Source of the DNA: an uncultured bacterium
GTDB lineage: Bacteria > Fidelibacterota > Marinisomatia > Marinisomatales > UBA1611
Reading direction: 5' to 3'
Length of the DNA: 64,000 nt
Assembly (NCBI GenBank): GCA_943788175.1
Contig: CALSPG010000006.1
Coordinates: 192,001 to 256,000 of the forward strand
The notes under the pieces were generated by a model. It saw only the letters and a list, made by a program, of their open reading frames with translations, had not been told where the DNA came from and searched no databases. The translations under genes were made by a program, and so were the position numbers. This document shows, piece by piece, positions 21,086 to 31,739 of the stretch; position 1 is the stretch's first letter, and every line of letters starts with the position of its first letter.

Positions 21086-22248
21086 TTAAGCATCTCCAAT
21101 GGATCAGTTCTTAAAAACTTTTTTGCACTAATTAATCCAGCAGTGATAATAAAAAACATGTTTATTATCAAAACTACTAGGATATCTTCATACACAATAA
21201 CCATTGGGAGTACTTCCATGGCATAAATTTCACTAGGCAAGGTGATTAGTTCATAATTATTTTGTAATAGAACAAAAGAAATTCCAAAAAACAAACCTAA
21301 GAGAAGACCTTTCAATCCAATTATTATTGTCTGAATTATTATTATTTTCTTAACATTGACTAATTCCATACCAAGTAACCTTAGAACACCAATATCTTTA
21401 ATTTTTTTCATAGTTATCAACGATATGGTTGATATCACGCTAAAACTAGCAACAACAATTATTAAACTTAAAACTATTATTGACCCTAATTTTTCCGCTT
21501 CAATTGCACTAACTAATACAGCATTCCTATCTCTCCATGAGTGAATTTCATTTCCTTTATCAATGATATTTGCAGCTTTTGCTTTAACTACTCCAATCTT
21601 TGACACATCACTTATTTTGACATCTAGTGCAGGTAAATTAGAATTATTATAGAATATTTTATTCCCTAATTTGTTTGAAATTAAAATATATCTATTATCA
21701 TAATCTAAGATCTTACTAAAAAATATACCCGAGATAGAGGTTTTGACTGTTGATGAAAAACCAAAAATTGAATTCTGATCTAATGGAGATGAGATAACAA
21801 CTTCGTCTCCTATTGACAGCCCCATTCTAGAAGCAATATCATTCCCAATAATAAGTTTATTATCATCAGCAATATCTCCAACAAACGGAATATTATAAAA
21901 CGACTTTAATTTATCAAAATCTAATTGCTTAAAAGTGACGATTGCCTCATTAATATTATTCTTTATAATACCCTTGCGATCTGAACTAAAAGACAGGTCC
22001 GTAATTGATTCGATTGTTCTAAATTTTGTCAAATCATAGTTTTGATTTAAACCTGAAATCTTAAGGTGTCCTTCAAAATTACTTATTTTTTCATCTAGCT
22101 TATTTTCAAAACCATTTAATACCGAAATTGAAATGACTAGAGCAAAAGACCCAATACAAATCCCTACAATTGAGATAATACTTGTGAACCTTCCTGTATC
22201 ATTTACAGATGAAAGAAACCTCTTTGCAATATGAATATAAATATTCAT
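21073..22248 (-). CDS. LolC/E family ABC permease
   Basis: SIISIVGICIG...SVLNGFE, IGVLRLLG, LPSEIYAMEVLP. Confidence 0.88.
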   Translation of the reverse strand: MNIYIHIAKRFLSSVNDTGRFTSIISIVGICIGSFALVISISVLNGFENKLDEKISNFEGHLKISGLNQNYDLTKFRTIESITDLSFSSDRKGIIKNNINEAIVTFKQLDFDKLKSFYNIPFVGDIADDNKLIIGNDIASRMGLSIGDEVVISSPLDQNSIFGFSSTVKTSISGIFFSKILDYDNRYILISNKLGNKIFYNNSNLPALDVKISDVSKIGVVKAKAANIIDKGNEIHSWRDRNAVLVSAIEAEKLGSIIVLSLIIVVASFSVISTISLITMKKIKDIGVLRLLGMELVNVKKIIIIQTIIIGLKGLLLGLFFGISFVLLQNNYELITLPSEIYAMEVLPMVIVYEDILVVLIINMFFIITAGLISAKKFLRTDPLEMLKWVK

Positions 22249-23429
22249 CGCTGAGCTAAAAGTCTAATCACACCATTGTTAAACATTGATTTTGTCGGAA
22301 ACAAACCAGCAATTATTGAAATAAAAAAACTAAAAACAATAACCGTAATTGATGAGATGTAATCAAAAGTCACAGGTAAACTATCCATAAAGTAAACTTT
22401 TTCTGGTAGCGCGATTACTTTGTAATTATTTTGAATGTAAATGAATGACCACGCTGCCAATGAACCAAGAAGACTTCCAGCAAATCCTATTAACCCCGAT
22501 TGCAGTAAGAATATTTTTCTAATTTGACTATTTTGTAGACCTTGAGAAATCAGTAGGCCAACTTGTAATTGTTTCTCATTAATCATCAACGAAATTGTCG
22601 ACATTATATTTGCAATTCCTACAAGTGCAATTAGACTGAAAATGATAATAATTGGTATTTTTTGAGTATTGACCCAATCGAATATAATTCTATGCCGATC
22701 TTTCCAAGTTTCAACATAATACGGATATTTGACATGTTTACTAATTTTTTCTACCAAATATTTTATTTCCTCGTCAGAATTTACAATATAACCACTCACC
22801 TTCCCCTCCATACCGAACAGATTTTGAGCACTATTCAAACTTACATATGCAAGGTTTTTATCATATTCTTCCATACCTGATTTAAATATTCCACCAACTT
22901 GATATTTACTATATTTCAAATCGATAAGTTCACCTGTATAACCGTTTAACGGTGCAACTACTAAAATATCTGAAATATACAACTTTAGATTATCACTTAA
23001 AGAGCTTCCAATTATGATATTATCATCAGTTATAAAGCTATCTTTTAAGTTTAACAATGAAGGATTGCTGAAGGATTCTATACCTTCAACTAATAAACCT
23101 TCAGTATTCTTTCCTCGGCGCGCAATGAGCATCCCTCTGACAAAAGGTTTTACTTCAATTTTCAAGTTTGAATCAAGCAGTATAGAATCCAAACGGTCTG
23201 ATTCATCAATAGGCTTTCCAAAAATAGTTTTAATGCGAATCTGGCCATCAATATTTGAAATTTTATTTGCTAGGACTTCCTCAAAACCTTTAATGATACT
23301 CATAGTGAGGATAAGTGAAAAAACCCCTATTGCCAATCCAAAAACCGCCATAGCAATTGCGTTGGATGAAAAACTACTTTTTTTACCGCCTTTAAAATAC
23401 CGCAGCGCAAACTGCAGATATAAATTCAT
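22245..23429 (-). CDS. LolC/E family ABC permease
   Basis: Likely start MNLYLQFALRY; SIIKGFEE, IFKSGMEEYD, LPEKVYFMDSLP. Confidence 0.88.
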   Translation of the reverse strand: MNLYLQFALRYFKGGKKSSFSSNAIAMAVFGLAIGVFSLILTMSIIKGFEEVLANKISNIDGQIRIKTIFGKPIDESDRLDSILLDSNLKIEVKPFVRGMLIARRGKNTEGLLVEGIESFSNPSLLNLKDSFITDDNIIIGSSLSDNLKLYISDILVVAPLNGYTGELIDLKYSKYQVGGIFKSGMEEYDKNLAYVSLNSAQNLFGMEGKVSGYIVNSDEEIKYLVEKISKHVKYPYYVETWKDRHRIIFDWVNTQKIPIIIIFSLIALVGIANIMSTISLMINEKQLQVGLLISQGLQNSQIRKIFLLQSGLIGFAGSLLGSLAAWSFIYIQNNYKVIALPEKVYFMDSLPVTFDYISSITVIVFSFFISIIAGLFPTKSMFNNGVIRLLAQR

Positions 23430-23431
23430 CC

Positions 23432-24925
23432 TTAATACTTTTCCGGTCTCATAGTCGGAAACAGTATTACGTCCCTTATCCAATGATTATTTGTAAGTAA
23501 CATTATTAATCTATCTATACCGATTCCAACACCCCCAGTAGGAGGCATACCAATTTCCATTGCCCTAATAAATTCCTCATCAATGGGTTGGGCTTCTTCA
23601 TCTCCCTGATCGCGTAATTTCGATTGTTCTTCTAATCTAGATCTTTGATCAATCGGATCATTCAGTTCTGAAAAAGAGTTCGCAAATTCAGCTCCACCAA
23701 TAAATAATTCAAATCTTTCTACAATATTATCACTACCATCTCTCTTTAATTTTGCTAAGGGTGATATCGACTTGGGGTAATCAATAACGAATGTTGGAGC
23801 TATGAGATTAGGCTCAACTAACGTACTCATCAGGCCATCGAGCATTTGATTTACATTACAATTGTCTTCAATATCTATATTATGATCTTTACAAACTGTG
23901 AACATCTCCGTCTTATCCATTTTTTCCAAATCAGCGCCTGTGGCTTCTTCAAGTAAAGCATAAAAAGACTTTTTCTCAAATTTCTTAGAAAGATCTATGT
24001 TTAATTTGCCCCAGTTAATTTTTAATTCACCAATACATTTTGCGGCATTCCGAATTATTTCTTCAACAAGCTCCATGCAGTCTTTATAATCAGCATAGGC
24101 CCAGTAAAACTCTAACATTGTAAACTCTGGATTATGATTTTTATCCATGCCTTCATTCCTAAAATCTTTTGACATTTCATAAACTTTTTCGAATCCACCA
24201 ATTATAAGCCTTTTTAAGTAAAGCTCATCCGCAATTCTTAAAAAAAGTTTTTGATCAAGGGCATTATGATGTGTTGTAAAAGGCCTTGCGTTAGCTCCTC
24301 CATATACTGGCTGAAGGACAGGTGTTTCAACCTCCAAAAACGCCTTAGCGTTAAGTGTTGCTCTTATTTCATTAATAACTTGAGTACGTTTTATAAAAGT
24401 TGACCTTGTTTCAGCATTCACAATCAAGTCTAAATGACGGTTTCTGTATCGAAGTTCTTTATCTGTAAAGGCATCATAAACTTCACCTTCTTTCTCTTTG
24501 ACAATTGGTAGAGGTCGTATGCTCTTTGATAAAACATCAAATTTTTCAGCAGATATGGAAATCTCCCCCACTTTTGTTTTAAAAACAACACCACTTATTC
24601 CAATAAAATCGCCAATATCCATTAATTTAAAAGCATCATAAATATTTTCGCCAACATTATCTTTTTTTATAAAAATTTGAATTCGTCCTTTATCATCCAT
24701 TACATGGGTGAAAGAAGCTTTTCCCATCTTTCTTAAAGCCATAATTCTCCCGGCGACACAAACAGTTTTATTCTCTAGGTTACTAAAACCATCAAGAATT
24801 TCAATACTTTTATGAGTAGGTGAGAATTTATGAGGGTAGGGATTAATACCTAGCCCTTTAAGTTTATTTAATTTTTCTTTACGAAAGTCAATAATTTGAT
24901 TAATACTTTTATTTTTTTCAGTCAT
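23432..24925 (-). CDS. lysS: Lysyl-tRNA synthetase, class II
   Basis: OB-fold, GGANARPF, FRNEG, HNPEFTMLEFY, GMPPTGGVGIGIDR. Confidence 0.98.
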   Translation of the reverse strand: MTEKNKSINQIIDFRKEKLNKLKGLGINPYPHKFSPTHKSIEILDGFSNLENKTVCVAGRIMALRKMGKASFTHVMDDKGRIQIFIKKDNVGENIYDAFKLMDIGDFIGISGVVFKTKVGEISISAEKFDVLSKSIRPLPIVKEKEGEVYDAFTDKELRYRNRHLDLIVNAETRSTFIKRTQVINEIRATLNAKAFLEVETPVLQPVYGGANARPFTTHHNALDQKLFLRIADELYLKRLIIGGFEKVYEMSKDFRNEGMDKNHNPEFTMLEFYWAYADYKDCMELVEEIIRNAAKCIGELKINWGKLNIDLSKKFEKKSFYALLEEATGADLEKMDKTEMFTVCKDHNIDIEDNCNVNQMLDGLMSTLVEPNLIAPTFVIDYPKSISPLAKLKRDGSDNIVERFELFIGGAEFANSFSELNDPIDQRSRLEEQSKLRDQGDEEAQPIDEEFIRAMEIGMPPTGGVGIGIDRLIMLLTNNHWIRDVILFPTMRPEKY

Positions 24926-24945
24926 AATTTTATTTTCCTGTAACT

Positions 24946-26053
24946 TTATAATATTTCTTTATTCATTTGGCCTAGCAAGTACGCTTTTATAAAGATATTT
25001 ATATCTCCATCCATTATACTTTGTATGTTTCCAGTTTCTTCTTTTGTTCTGTGATCCTTAACGAGGTTATATGGATGAAAAACATAAGAACGTATTTGAC
25101 TACCCCATGCAATATCTTTTTTTTTATCTTCTAAATCTTTTTGCTTTTCTTTTTCTTTCTCTATTTCGAGTTGATATAATCTTGCCTTTAACATTTTCAT
25201 AGCTTGATTTTTATTTTTATGCTGTGAACGCTCATTTTGACATTGAGCAACTATCCCCGATGGTAGGTGAGTTATTCGAACTGCTGAATCAGTTTTATTT
25301 ACGTGCTGACCTCCAGCTCCACTTGCTCTATATGTGTCAATTCGTAGATCAGCAGGATTTATATCGATTTCAATAGAGTCATCAACCGCTGGGTATACAT
25401 ATACAGAAGCAAAAGAAGTGTGTCTGCGACTATTAGAATCAAAAGGAGATATTCTAACCATTCGATGAACACCAAATTCTGCTTTTGCTTGACCATAAGC
25501 ATACTCTCCTTTTACTTCAAACGTAACATCCTTAATCCCAGCTTCATCCCCAGCCTGAAAGTCTAATATAGAAAATTCAAATCCTTTTTTTTCTGCCCAA
25601 CGCCCATACATTCTATATAGCATTTGAACCCAATCTTGACTTTCAGTTCCTCCAGCACCAGGATGAATTGTCATAATTGCATCTTGAGAATCTTCTTCTC
25701 TCCCTAAAATCATTTTTAATTCTAGATCCTCAACTGTGCTTTTATATGTATTTACTTCAAGATATACTTCTTTTGAAGAAATTTCACCCTCAGCATGAAA
25801 TTCAAACAGTATCTCAATATCACTCTGTTTTTCATCAATTTCGATCCATACATTAATTTCTTTTTCAATTCTAGAAATTTTTTTTAAGACAGCTGAAGCT
25901 TTTAGGTTATTATCCCAAAAAGAAGGGGCGGAAGTCTTCTTTTTAAGTTTTTTTAGACTATCATTTAAAGAAGGTAAATCAAAGATACCCCCTTAAAGAA
26001 GAATATTTTTGATTTGATTTTGTAAAAATCTCTCGTATATCAGATATTTCCAT
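24946..26053 (-). CDS. prfB: Peptide chain release factor 2 (programmed +1 frameshift)
   Basis: ATG at 26053, 24 codons to AGGGGG-TAT-CTT-TGA; the +1 frame reads DLPSLND...FWDN into the ORF carrying SPF and GGQ (~368 aa). Confidence 0.97.
25979..25993 (-). promoter_or_regulatory. RF2 autoregulatory +1 frameshift cassette
   Basis: AGGGGGTATCTTTGA: internal SD, slippery CUU, UGA. Confidence 0.95.
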
Positions 26054-26095
26054 AATTTAATTTACTGTATCAGAAATATTTATATGCCTAGAATG

Positions 26096-26875
26096 TTAAT
26101 CGCCAGAAGAAATAAATAATCTTTCATTTAAATAGCGTCTTAAAGACATTTCATCCATATCTAATTTTACAAAGCTTCCATTTTCAGCTGTTGCAATTGC
26201 ACCACGTTCTTCAGAAATCACAATAACGATAGCATCCGTTTCCTCAGTCAAACCCAAGGCCGCCCTATGCCTAGTACCCATATCAGGAGCAACCATTTCA
26301 CTCTCTGTTAGTGGTAAAATACATCCAGCTGCTTCTACTAAAGTATTTTGCAAAATAACGGCCCCATCATGCAAAGGCGAGCCAGGATTAAAAATAGATA
26401 ACAGAAGCCCCGATGTTACCTCTCCTTTTATTGGTGTTCCCGTCTCTTTGTAAATACGTAAACCTGTTTCTCGTTGTACGACAATTAATGCTCCCACTTT
26501 ATTTTTGCTAAGAAGCAAAGAGGATTCCACAATAGCTTCAAGAGATCGAGAAGTACCTACTCGAAAAATTGTTCTAAAAAATCTTGTTTGGCCTACATAA
26601 ATCAACAACCTACGTATTTCAGGTTGAAATAAAATAACAAAGGCAACAACCCAAATTGTTTGAAATTGGTTTATTAGCCAAGAAGTTGCACTGATTCCAA
26701 ATGCGTTGAATAAAAAAGATGCAATCAGGAGAATAATAAGGCCTATAAGCATTTGCCCAGCTCTAGTTTCTTTAAAGTACTGGTATACTTTATAAAATAT
26801 CCAAGTCACTAATAGGATATCAATTATATCAATCAGAGTTACTTTAATAAAGCCTATTTTGAAAAGATCTATCAT
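26096..26875 (-). CDS. cdaA: Membrane diadenylate cyclase (c-di-AMP synthase)
   Basis: Three N-terminal TM helices, ILFQPEIRR, PLHDGAV, GTRHRAA, ISEERG. Confidence 0.93.
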   Translation of the reverse strand: MIDLFKIGFIKVTLIDIIDILLVTWIFYKVYQYFKETRAGQMLIGLIILLIASFLFNAFGISATSWLINQFQTIWVVAFVILFQPEIRRLLIYVGQTRFFRTIFRVGTSRSLEAIVESSLLLSKNKVGALIVVQRETGLRIYKETGTPIKGEVTSGLLLSIFNPGSPLHDGAVILQNTLVEAAGCILPLTESEMVAPDMGTRHRAALGLTEETDAIVIVISEERGAIATAENGSFVKLDMDEMSLRRYLNERLFISSGD

Positions 26876-27711
26876 TTTGCCCTCAAAATATTTTCAGTAA
26901 TTACAACTGCTCTTTTAACTTCTTTCACATTATGAACCCTGACGATATTTGAACCATTTAGTATCCCAGCCACGATTGTAGCGATTGTACCCTCAACTCT
27001 ATCGTCTGGTGGCAAATCTAGAGCATCTCCAATAAAGGCTTTTTTGCTCGGACCTATTAAAAGAGGATAACCAAGAACTTTGAAATCTTTCAGTCGTCGG
27101 ATAATTGAAAAATTATGATCGAACGTTTTACCAAACCCAATACCTGGGTCAAGGATAATATTATTTTTTTCAATTCCTGCATCCCGAGCAGCACTAACTT
27201 GATTTAGAAAAAATTGTTTTATATCATCGATTAAATTCACGTACGAAATATTTTTTTGCATGGTTTTAGGTTTACCATTAATATGCATAATAATTACTGG
27301 TGTATTATTATTTGCTAATAAAGCCTTCATTCCAGAATCAAAGGTTAACCCGCTTATATCATTAACTATATCAGCACCAACGTCAATTGCTCTTTTGGCA
27401 ACACTCGATTTATAGGTATCCACAGAAACTAATATTTCATCACTTTTCTTTTTTAAAGCGTCTATGATCGGTATAACCCTTTTTAACTCTTCTTCTATAG
27501 AAACAGATTCAGATCCTGGTCTAGTAGACTCACCACCTATGTCAATAATATCTGCCCCTTTATTAACCATGTCGATAGCATGATCAATCGCAACTTTAGG
27601 ACTATTGTATAGCCCTCCATCACTAAAAGAATCCGGAGTGACATTTAAAACTCCCATAATAAGAGTGCTAGATGGTTTTTTTAACCAGTGTTTAAATTGG
27701 GTATTGTTTAT
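26872..27711 (-). CDS. folP: Dihydropteroate synthase (probable AUA start at 27711; first ATG at 27657)
   Basis: GVLNVTPDSFSDGG, DIGGESTRPG, LDPGIGFGK, VRVH. Confidence 0.93.
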   Translation of the reverse strand: MNNTQFKHWLKKPSSTLIMGVLNVTPDSFSDGGLYNSPKVAIDHAIDMVNKGADIIDIGGESTRPGSESVSIEEELKRVIPIIDALKKKSDEILVSVDTYKSSVAKRAIDVGADIVNDISGLTFDSGMKALLANNNTPVIIMHINGKPKTMQKNISYVNLIDDIKQFFLNQVSAARDAGIEKNNIILDPGIGFGKTFDHNFSIIRRLKDFKVLGYPLLIGPSKKAFIGDALDLPPDDRVEGTIATIVAGILNGSNIVRVHNVKEVKRAVVITENILRAK

Positions 27712-27756
27712 ATCGTAAACCTCTTTCCGAAACTGGATGTAAATTAAAGGTTCATT

Positions 27757-29760
27757 TTATAACTTACCATTAGGTTTTTTTTCGATTGAATCAGCCAAGC
27801 TAGTTTTATTTATTTTTCCATTAGCGGATTTTGAACTTTTTAAACTAGGTTTTCTTCTAACGATTGTTTTTCCATCTAAAATTTTCTGGATATCTTTTGA
27901 ATCAATTGTCTCGTGTTGCAGCAGAGAACTTGCCATAGAATGCAATAATTCTTTATTGTCATAAAGAATTTTTTCTGATTTTTTTTGAGCAATTCGTATT
28001 ATTTTTGCAATTTCCTCGTCAATCATTCTAGCTGTTACTTCGCTGTAATCTCTTTGAGATTGAATATCTCGACCCAAGAACACTTCATCATTATTTTTAC
28101 CAAAAGTCATAGGCCCTAGAGTATCACTCATACCCCATTCAGTAACCATTTTCCTAGCAATTTTAGTTGCTTGTTCAATATCGTTACCTGCTCCTGTAGT
28201 CATTTTATCAAAAATAAGCATTTCAGCAGCTCTTCCTCCCATTAAAATTGCTAATCTACCATCCACATAAGGTTTAGAATACCCGTGCTTTTCATCCATC
28301 GGTAATTGCATTGTTACCCCTAGCGCTCTTCCTCTGGGGATAATTGTAACTTTATGTACTGGATCAGCACCTTCAGTCTTAATAGCTACAATTGCATGTC
28401 CAGCCTCATGATAAGCTGTAGTTTCTTTTTCATCATCAGTTAAGACCATGCTTCTTCTTTGAACACCCATCATTACTTTATCTTTTGCTTCCTCAAAATC
28501 ATCCATATCAATAGATTTCTTCTTGGCTCTAGCTGCTAGCAACGCAGCTTCATTTACAATATTTGCTAAATCAGCCCCCACCATTCCAGGCGTTCCTTTA
28601 GCAATAGCTTTAAGATCAATCTTTCTTTTATTTAAAACCACTTTTTTTGTATGCACTTGCAAGATACCTAGACGACCTTTGATATCTGGTGCATCTACAA
28701 TAATTTGGCGATCAAACCTCCCAGGCCTCAATAAAGCGGTATCAAGAACATCTGGCCTATTCGTGGCAGCAATTACTATAATATTGTAATTATTATCAAA
28801 TCCATCCATTTCGACGAGTAAAGCGTTAAGAGTTTGTTCTCGCTCATCATGTCCACCACCAATACCGGCGCCTCTCTGTCTACCAACTGCATCTAACTCA
28901 TCAATAAATATAATACATGGAGTGCTCTTCTTTGCTTGCTCAAAAAGGTCTCTAACTCTTGAAGCACCAACACCAACAAACATTTCAACAAAATCAGCTC
29001 CGCTTAGGCTATAAAAAGGAACTCCAGCTTCGCCTGCAACAGCTCTAGCCATTAATGTTTTTCCTGTACCTGGCTGCCCAACAAGCAATGCTCCCTTTGG
29101 AACCTTTGCTCCGAGCTTTTGAAATCTTTTAGGGCTTTTTAAATATTCAATAACTTCCATTAACTCTTCCTTAGCCTCGTCACAGCCAGCAACATCTTTA
29201 AAAGTTACCCTGGGCTGATCAGAAGTCCATAAAGAGGCCTTACTTTTACCAAATTTAAAGATATTACCCATACCGCCGGCACCGCCTTGCATTCTGCGCA
29301 ACATAAAAAACCAAAATCCAATTAGTATAATCCAAGGAAGCATGTTGAGAAAATACCCTGTCCAATCAATACTTTTTTCTTGAAAAGTATATAGGATCCC
29401 TGCAGCATCCCATGTTTCTATTATTTCCCTATCAATGAATGGCATTGACAATCTAAATTTTGTGATATCATCTCTGATGCCCAATGGAGTATCAATAGTT
29501 TGTTTAGTTTTAAATTCACCATAAAATGTTTTGTTTATTATGATAGCACTTTTAATTGCACCTTCACTCAAATAATTTTTGTACTCGGTGTATTCAACTT
29601 CAACTTCATTATTCCTATTCTCTGACAGAACGCTAGAAAAGTAAACAGTTACTAAAATAATTGTTATCCATATAAAACTGGTCTTACCAGCTTTTTTCCA
29701 TTGAAATTCCAATTTTTCTTTTTTCTTTTTGTTGTCTTTTGATTTTTTGTTTTGTTCCAT
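27757..29760 (-). CDS. ftsH: ATP-dependent zinc protease FtsH
   Basis: Two TM helices, [26 protein letters not shown]. Confidence 0.98.
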   Translation of the reverse strand: MEQNKKSKDNKKKKEKLEFQWKKAGKTSFIWITIILVTVYFSSVLSENRNNEVEVEYTEYKNYLSEGAIKSAIIINKTFYGEFKTKQTIDTPLGIRDDITKFRLSMPFIDREIIETWDAAGILYTFQEKSIDWTGYFLNMLPWIILIGFWFFMLRRMQGGAGGMGNIFKFGKSKASLWTSDQPRVTFKDVAGCDEAKEELMEVIEYLKSPKRFQKLGAKVPKGALLVGQPGTGKTLMARAVAGEAGVPFYSLSGADFVEMFVGVGASRVRDLFEQAKKSTPCIIFIDELDAVGRQRGAGIGGGHDEREQTLNALLVEMDGFDNNYNIIVIAATNRPDVLDTALLRPGRFDRQIIVDAPDIKGRLGILQVHTKKVVLNKRKIDLKAIAKGTPGMVGADLANIVNEAALLAARAKKKSIDMDDFEEAKDKVMMGVQRRSMVLTDDEKETTAYHEAGHAIVAIKTEGADPVHKVTIIPRGRALGVTMQLPMDEKHGYSKPYVDGRLAILMGGRAAEMLIFDKMTTGAGNDIEQATKIARKMVTEWGMSDTLGPMTFGKNNDEVFLGRDIQSQRDYSEVTARMIDEEIAKIIRIAQKKSEKILYDNKELLHSMASSLLQHETIDSKDIQKILDGKTIVRRKPSLKSSKSANGKINKTSLADSIEKKPNGKL

Positions 29761-29775
29761 AAATATTTCCTTAAG

Positions 29776-30309
29776 TCACCTTGAAGGTGGATGTAACTTG
29801 AAAATTGATTTCAAATTTCTAAATCGTTGATTAAAATCTAGCCCATAGCCTACTACAAACTCTGATGATAGTTCAAACCCTATAATATCAATATTAAAAT
29901 TTAACTTATAATTGTTCGTTTTTGCTAAGAGTGAAACTATTGTAATGTCTTTTGGTTTATATTTTATTATATGTTCATATAAATATTTAATGGATAAACC
30001 TGAATCAATAATATCTTCAACAATAATAACTCGCCTATTTTTAATATCAATACTAAGGTCCTTAGACATTTTTATCGCGCCTGTTGAATTCATACCTCTA
30101 TAGCTAGAGATTTTAATAAAATCAACCTCACAATCAATGTCTATTGCTCTAATTATATCTGCTGTAAAAACAAAAGCACCATTCAAAATACTAACGATGA
30201 CAGGATTGGTGTCATGAAACTTCTCTGAAATTTCTAAAGAAATCTCGCTCACTCTTTTCGCGATATTTTCCTTCGAAATAAATAATTCAAAGTTCTTATC
30301 TTGACTTAT
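29776..30309 (-). CDS. hpt: Hypoxanthine phosphoribosyltransferase (probable AUA start overlapping the tilS stop)
   Basis: ILNGAFVF, IVEDIIDSG, FVVGYGLD; conserved-looking N-terminal DKNFELFISKENI lies upstream of the tracked GTG. Confidence 0.9.
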   Translation of the reverse strand: MSQDKNFELFISKENIAKRVSEISLEISEKFHDTNPVIVSILNGAFVFTADIIRAIDIDCEVDFIKISSYRGMNSTGAIKMSKDLSIDIKNRRVIIVEDIIDSGLSIKYLYEHIIKYKPKDITIVSLLAKTNNYKLNFNIDIIGFELSSEFVVGYGLDFNQRFRNLKSIFKLHPPSR

Positions 30310-31716
30310 AATTGAGGATTCGATTGTGCCACCCTTTTTATCTCTACTATATTTTTTGACAAATTACTAACCTTCACTGAATTATCTATTCTGTGTCCAC
30401 ACAACCATATAATTTTTTCTCCTGCTAACAAAACAACTTGATTCCATTTTTCAAACTGATTTACTTTTTTTATTAATTAAATAGTCACTCACTTTCTGAT
30501 TACCAGACATACCAAGGGGGCTAAAACTATCACCACTTCTCCAAAGTCTTAAGTATAATTTTTGATTCTTTATTTTATCTAATTCAAATAGTTCAATATT
30601 TGGATCAGCTGAGAATTTTGAACTTTTATCTACTCTTTTTAAAATATATTCGTATTCAATGTAATTTATTTTTTTGTCTTCGTGAATACGTGTCTTAACT
30701 TTTTTTATATTTGTTTGATTTAATTGAAGTAAATATTGAATTCGATCATTTAAAAGAATCCATCTAAATCTTGATTTATAAATATTCCCGATTTTTTTAT
30801 TTAGTAAAAAATTTTTAATATTTTCAAAATCATATTTCCTTAATCGCCCTAAAGTACTTGTTAGGTTTTGAAGAACTAGGATTCTGGCAATTATCGGTAA
30901 CTTACTAAAAGCGTTCTTACTAATTGTAAAATACCCTTCCTTCATTTGTGAGATATGTAATGAAATGAAATCATTTATAAAAAATTGTAAAGCATTTTGA
31001 TATTCTTGAAAATTAGAACCAGCAGTAGCAATTGATTCTACTACCTCATTATCATAGCGCTCCCAAGGTTTTAAAATTTGTTTTCGTATAAAATTGCGTT
31101 TGAAGTTGAGATTGTCATTTGATGCATCATTTATATGTGGAATGCTATATTTATCAATCATTCTATTTAATTGATTTTTTGAAAATGATAAAAGAGGTCT
31201 AATAATATTTTTATATTCAATTTTCATCCCACTCAATCCATATAAACCAGCTTGTTCAGATAAATTTTTTAATATCGTTTCTACTTGATCATTCTTATGA
31301 TGCCCTGTAACAATAACATCACTTTCTGTTTTTATGGCAAGTTCATTTAAGATGTTATATCTACCTTTCCTTGCCCACGATTCAATACTTTCCTTTTTAG
31401 TCTTCTCTTTTGGGTTTAATTGCCTAATAATTGTTTCTACTTTTAATACCCTGCCTAATTCAACTATGAATTTTTGATCATCAATACTATTGATTCGAAG
31501 ATTATGATTTATATGAGCTACTATTATATTTCGCTTACTACTTTCAAAAAATCTCAAAATTAAATATAAGAGAAGAACAGAATCACTTCCACCAGATAAG
31601 GACACTAATACTTTTACATTCTCTTTTGCTTTAAAAAAATTTTTAAAACAATTTTTAAAAACTAAAAAATCTTTTTCTTGAAAAACATCCGGGTTAGGTA
31701 TTTGAGAGATAACCAA
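30306..31716 (-). CDS. tilS: tRNA(Ile)-lysidine synthetase, one extra base in an A7 run (30465-30471)
   Basis: SGGSDS, HINHNLR, GHHKNDQVET, RPLL; after correction the C-terminal KKVNQFEKW...IIWLCGHR domain ends at TAA 30306-30308. Confidence 0.92.
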
Positions 31717-31739
31717 TTAAAAGCCTCACAGAAAAGCTA

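Noticed and set aside
27035-27055. DHPS SKK in place of the usual SRK motif as sulfonamide resistance
   Set aside because: Conservative change with the key Lys retained; no Sul-type insertion evident.
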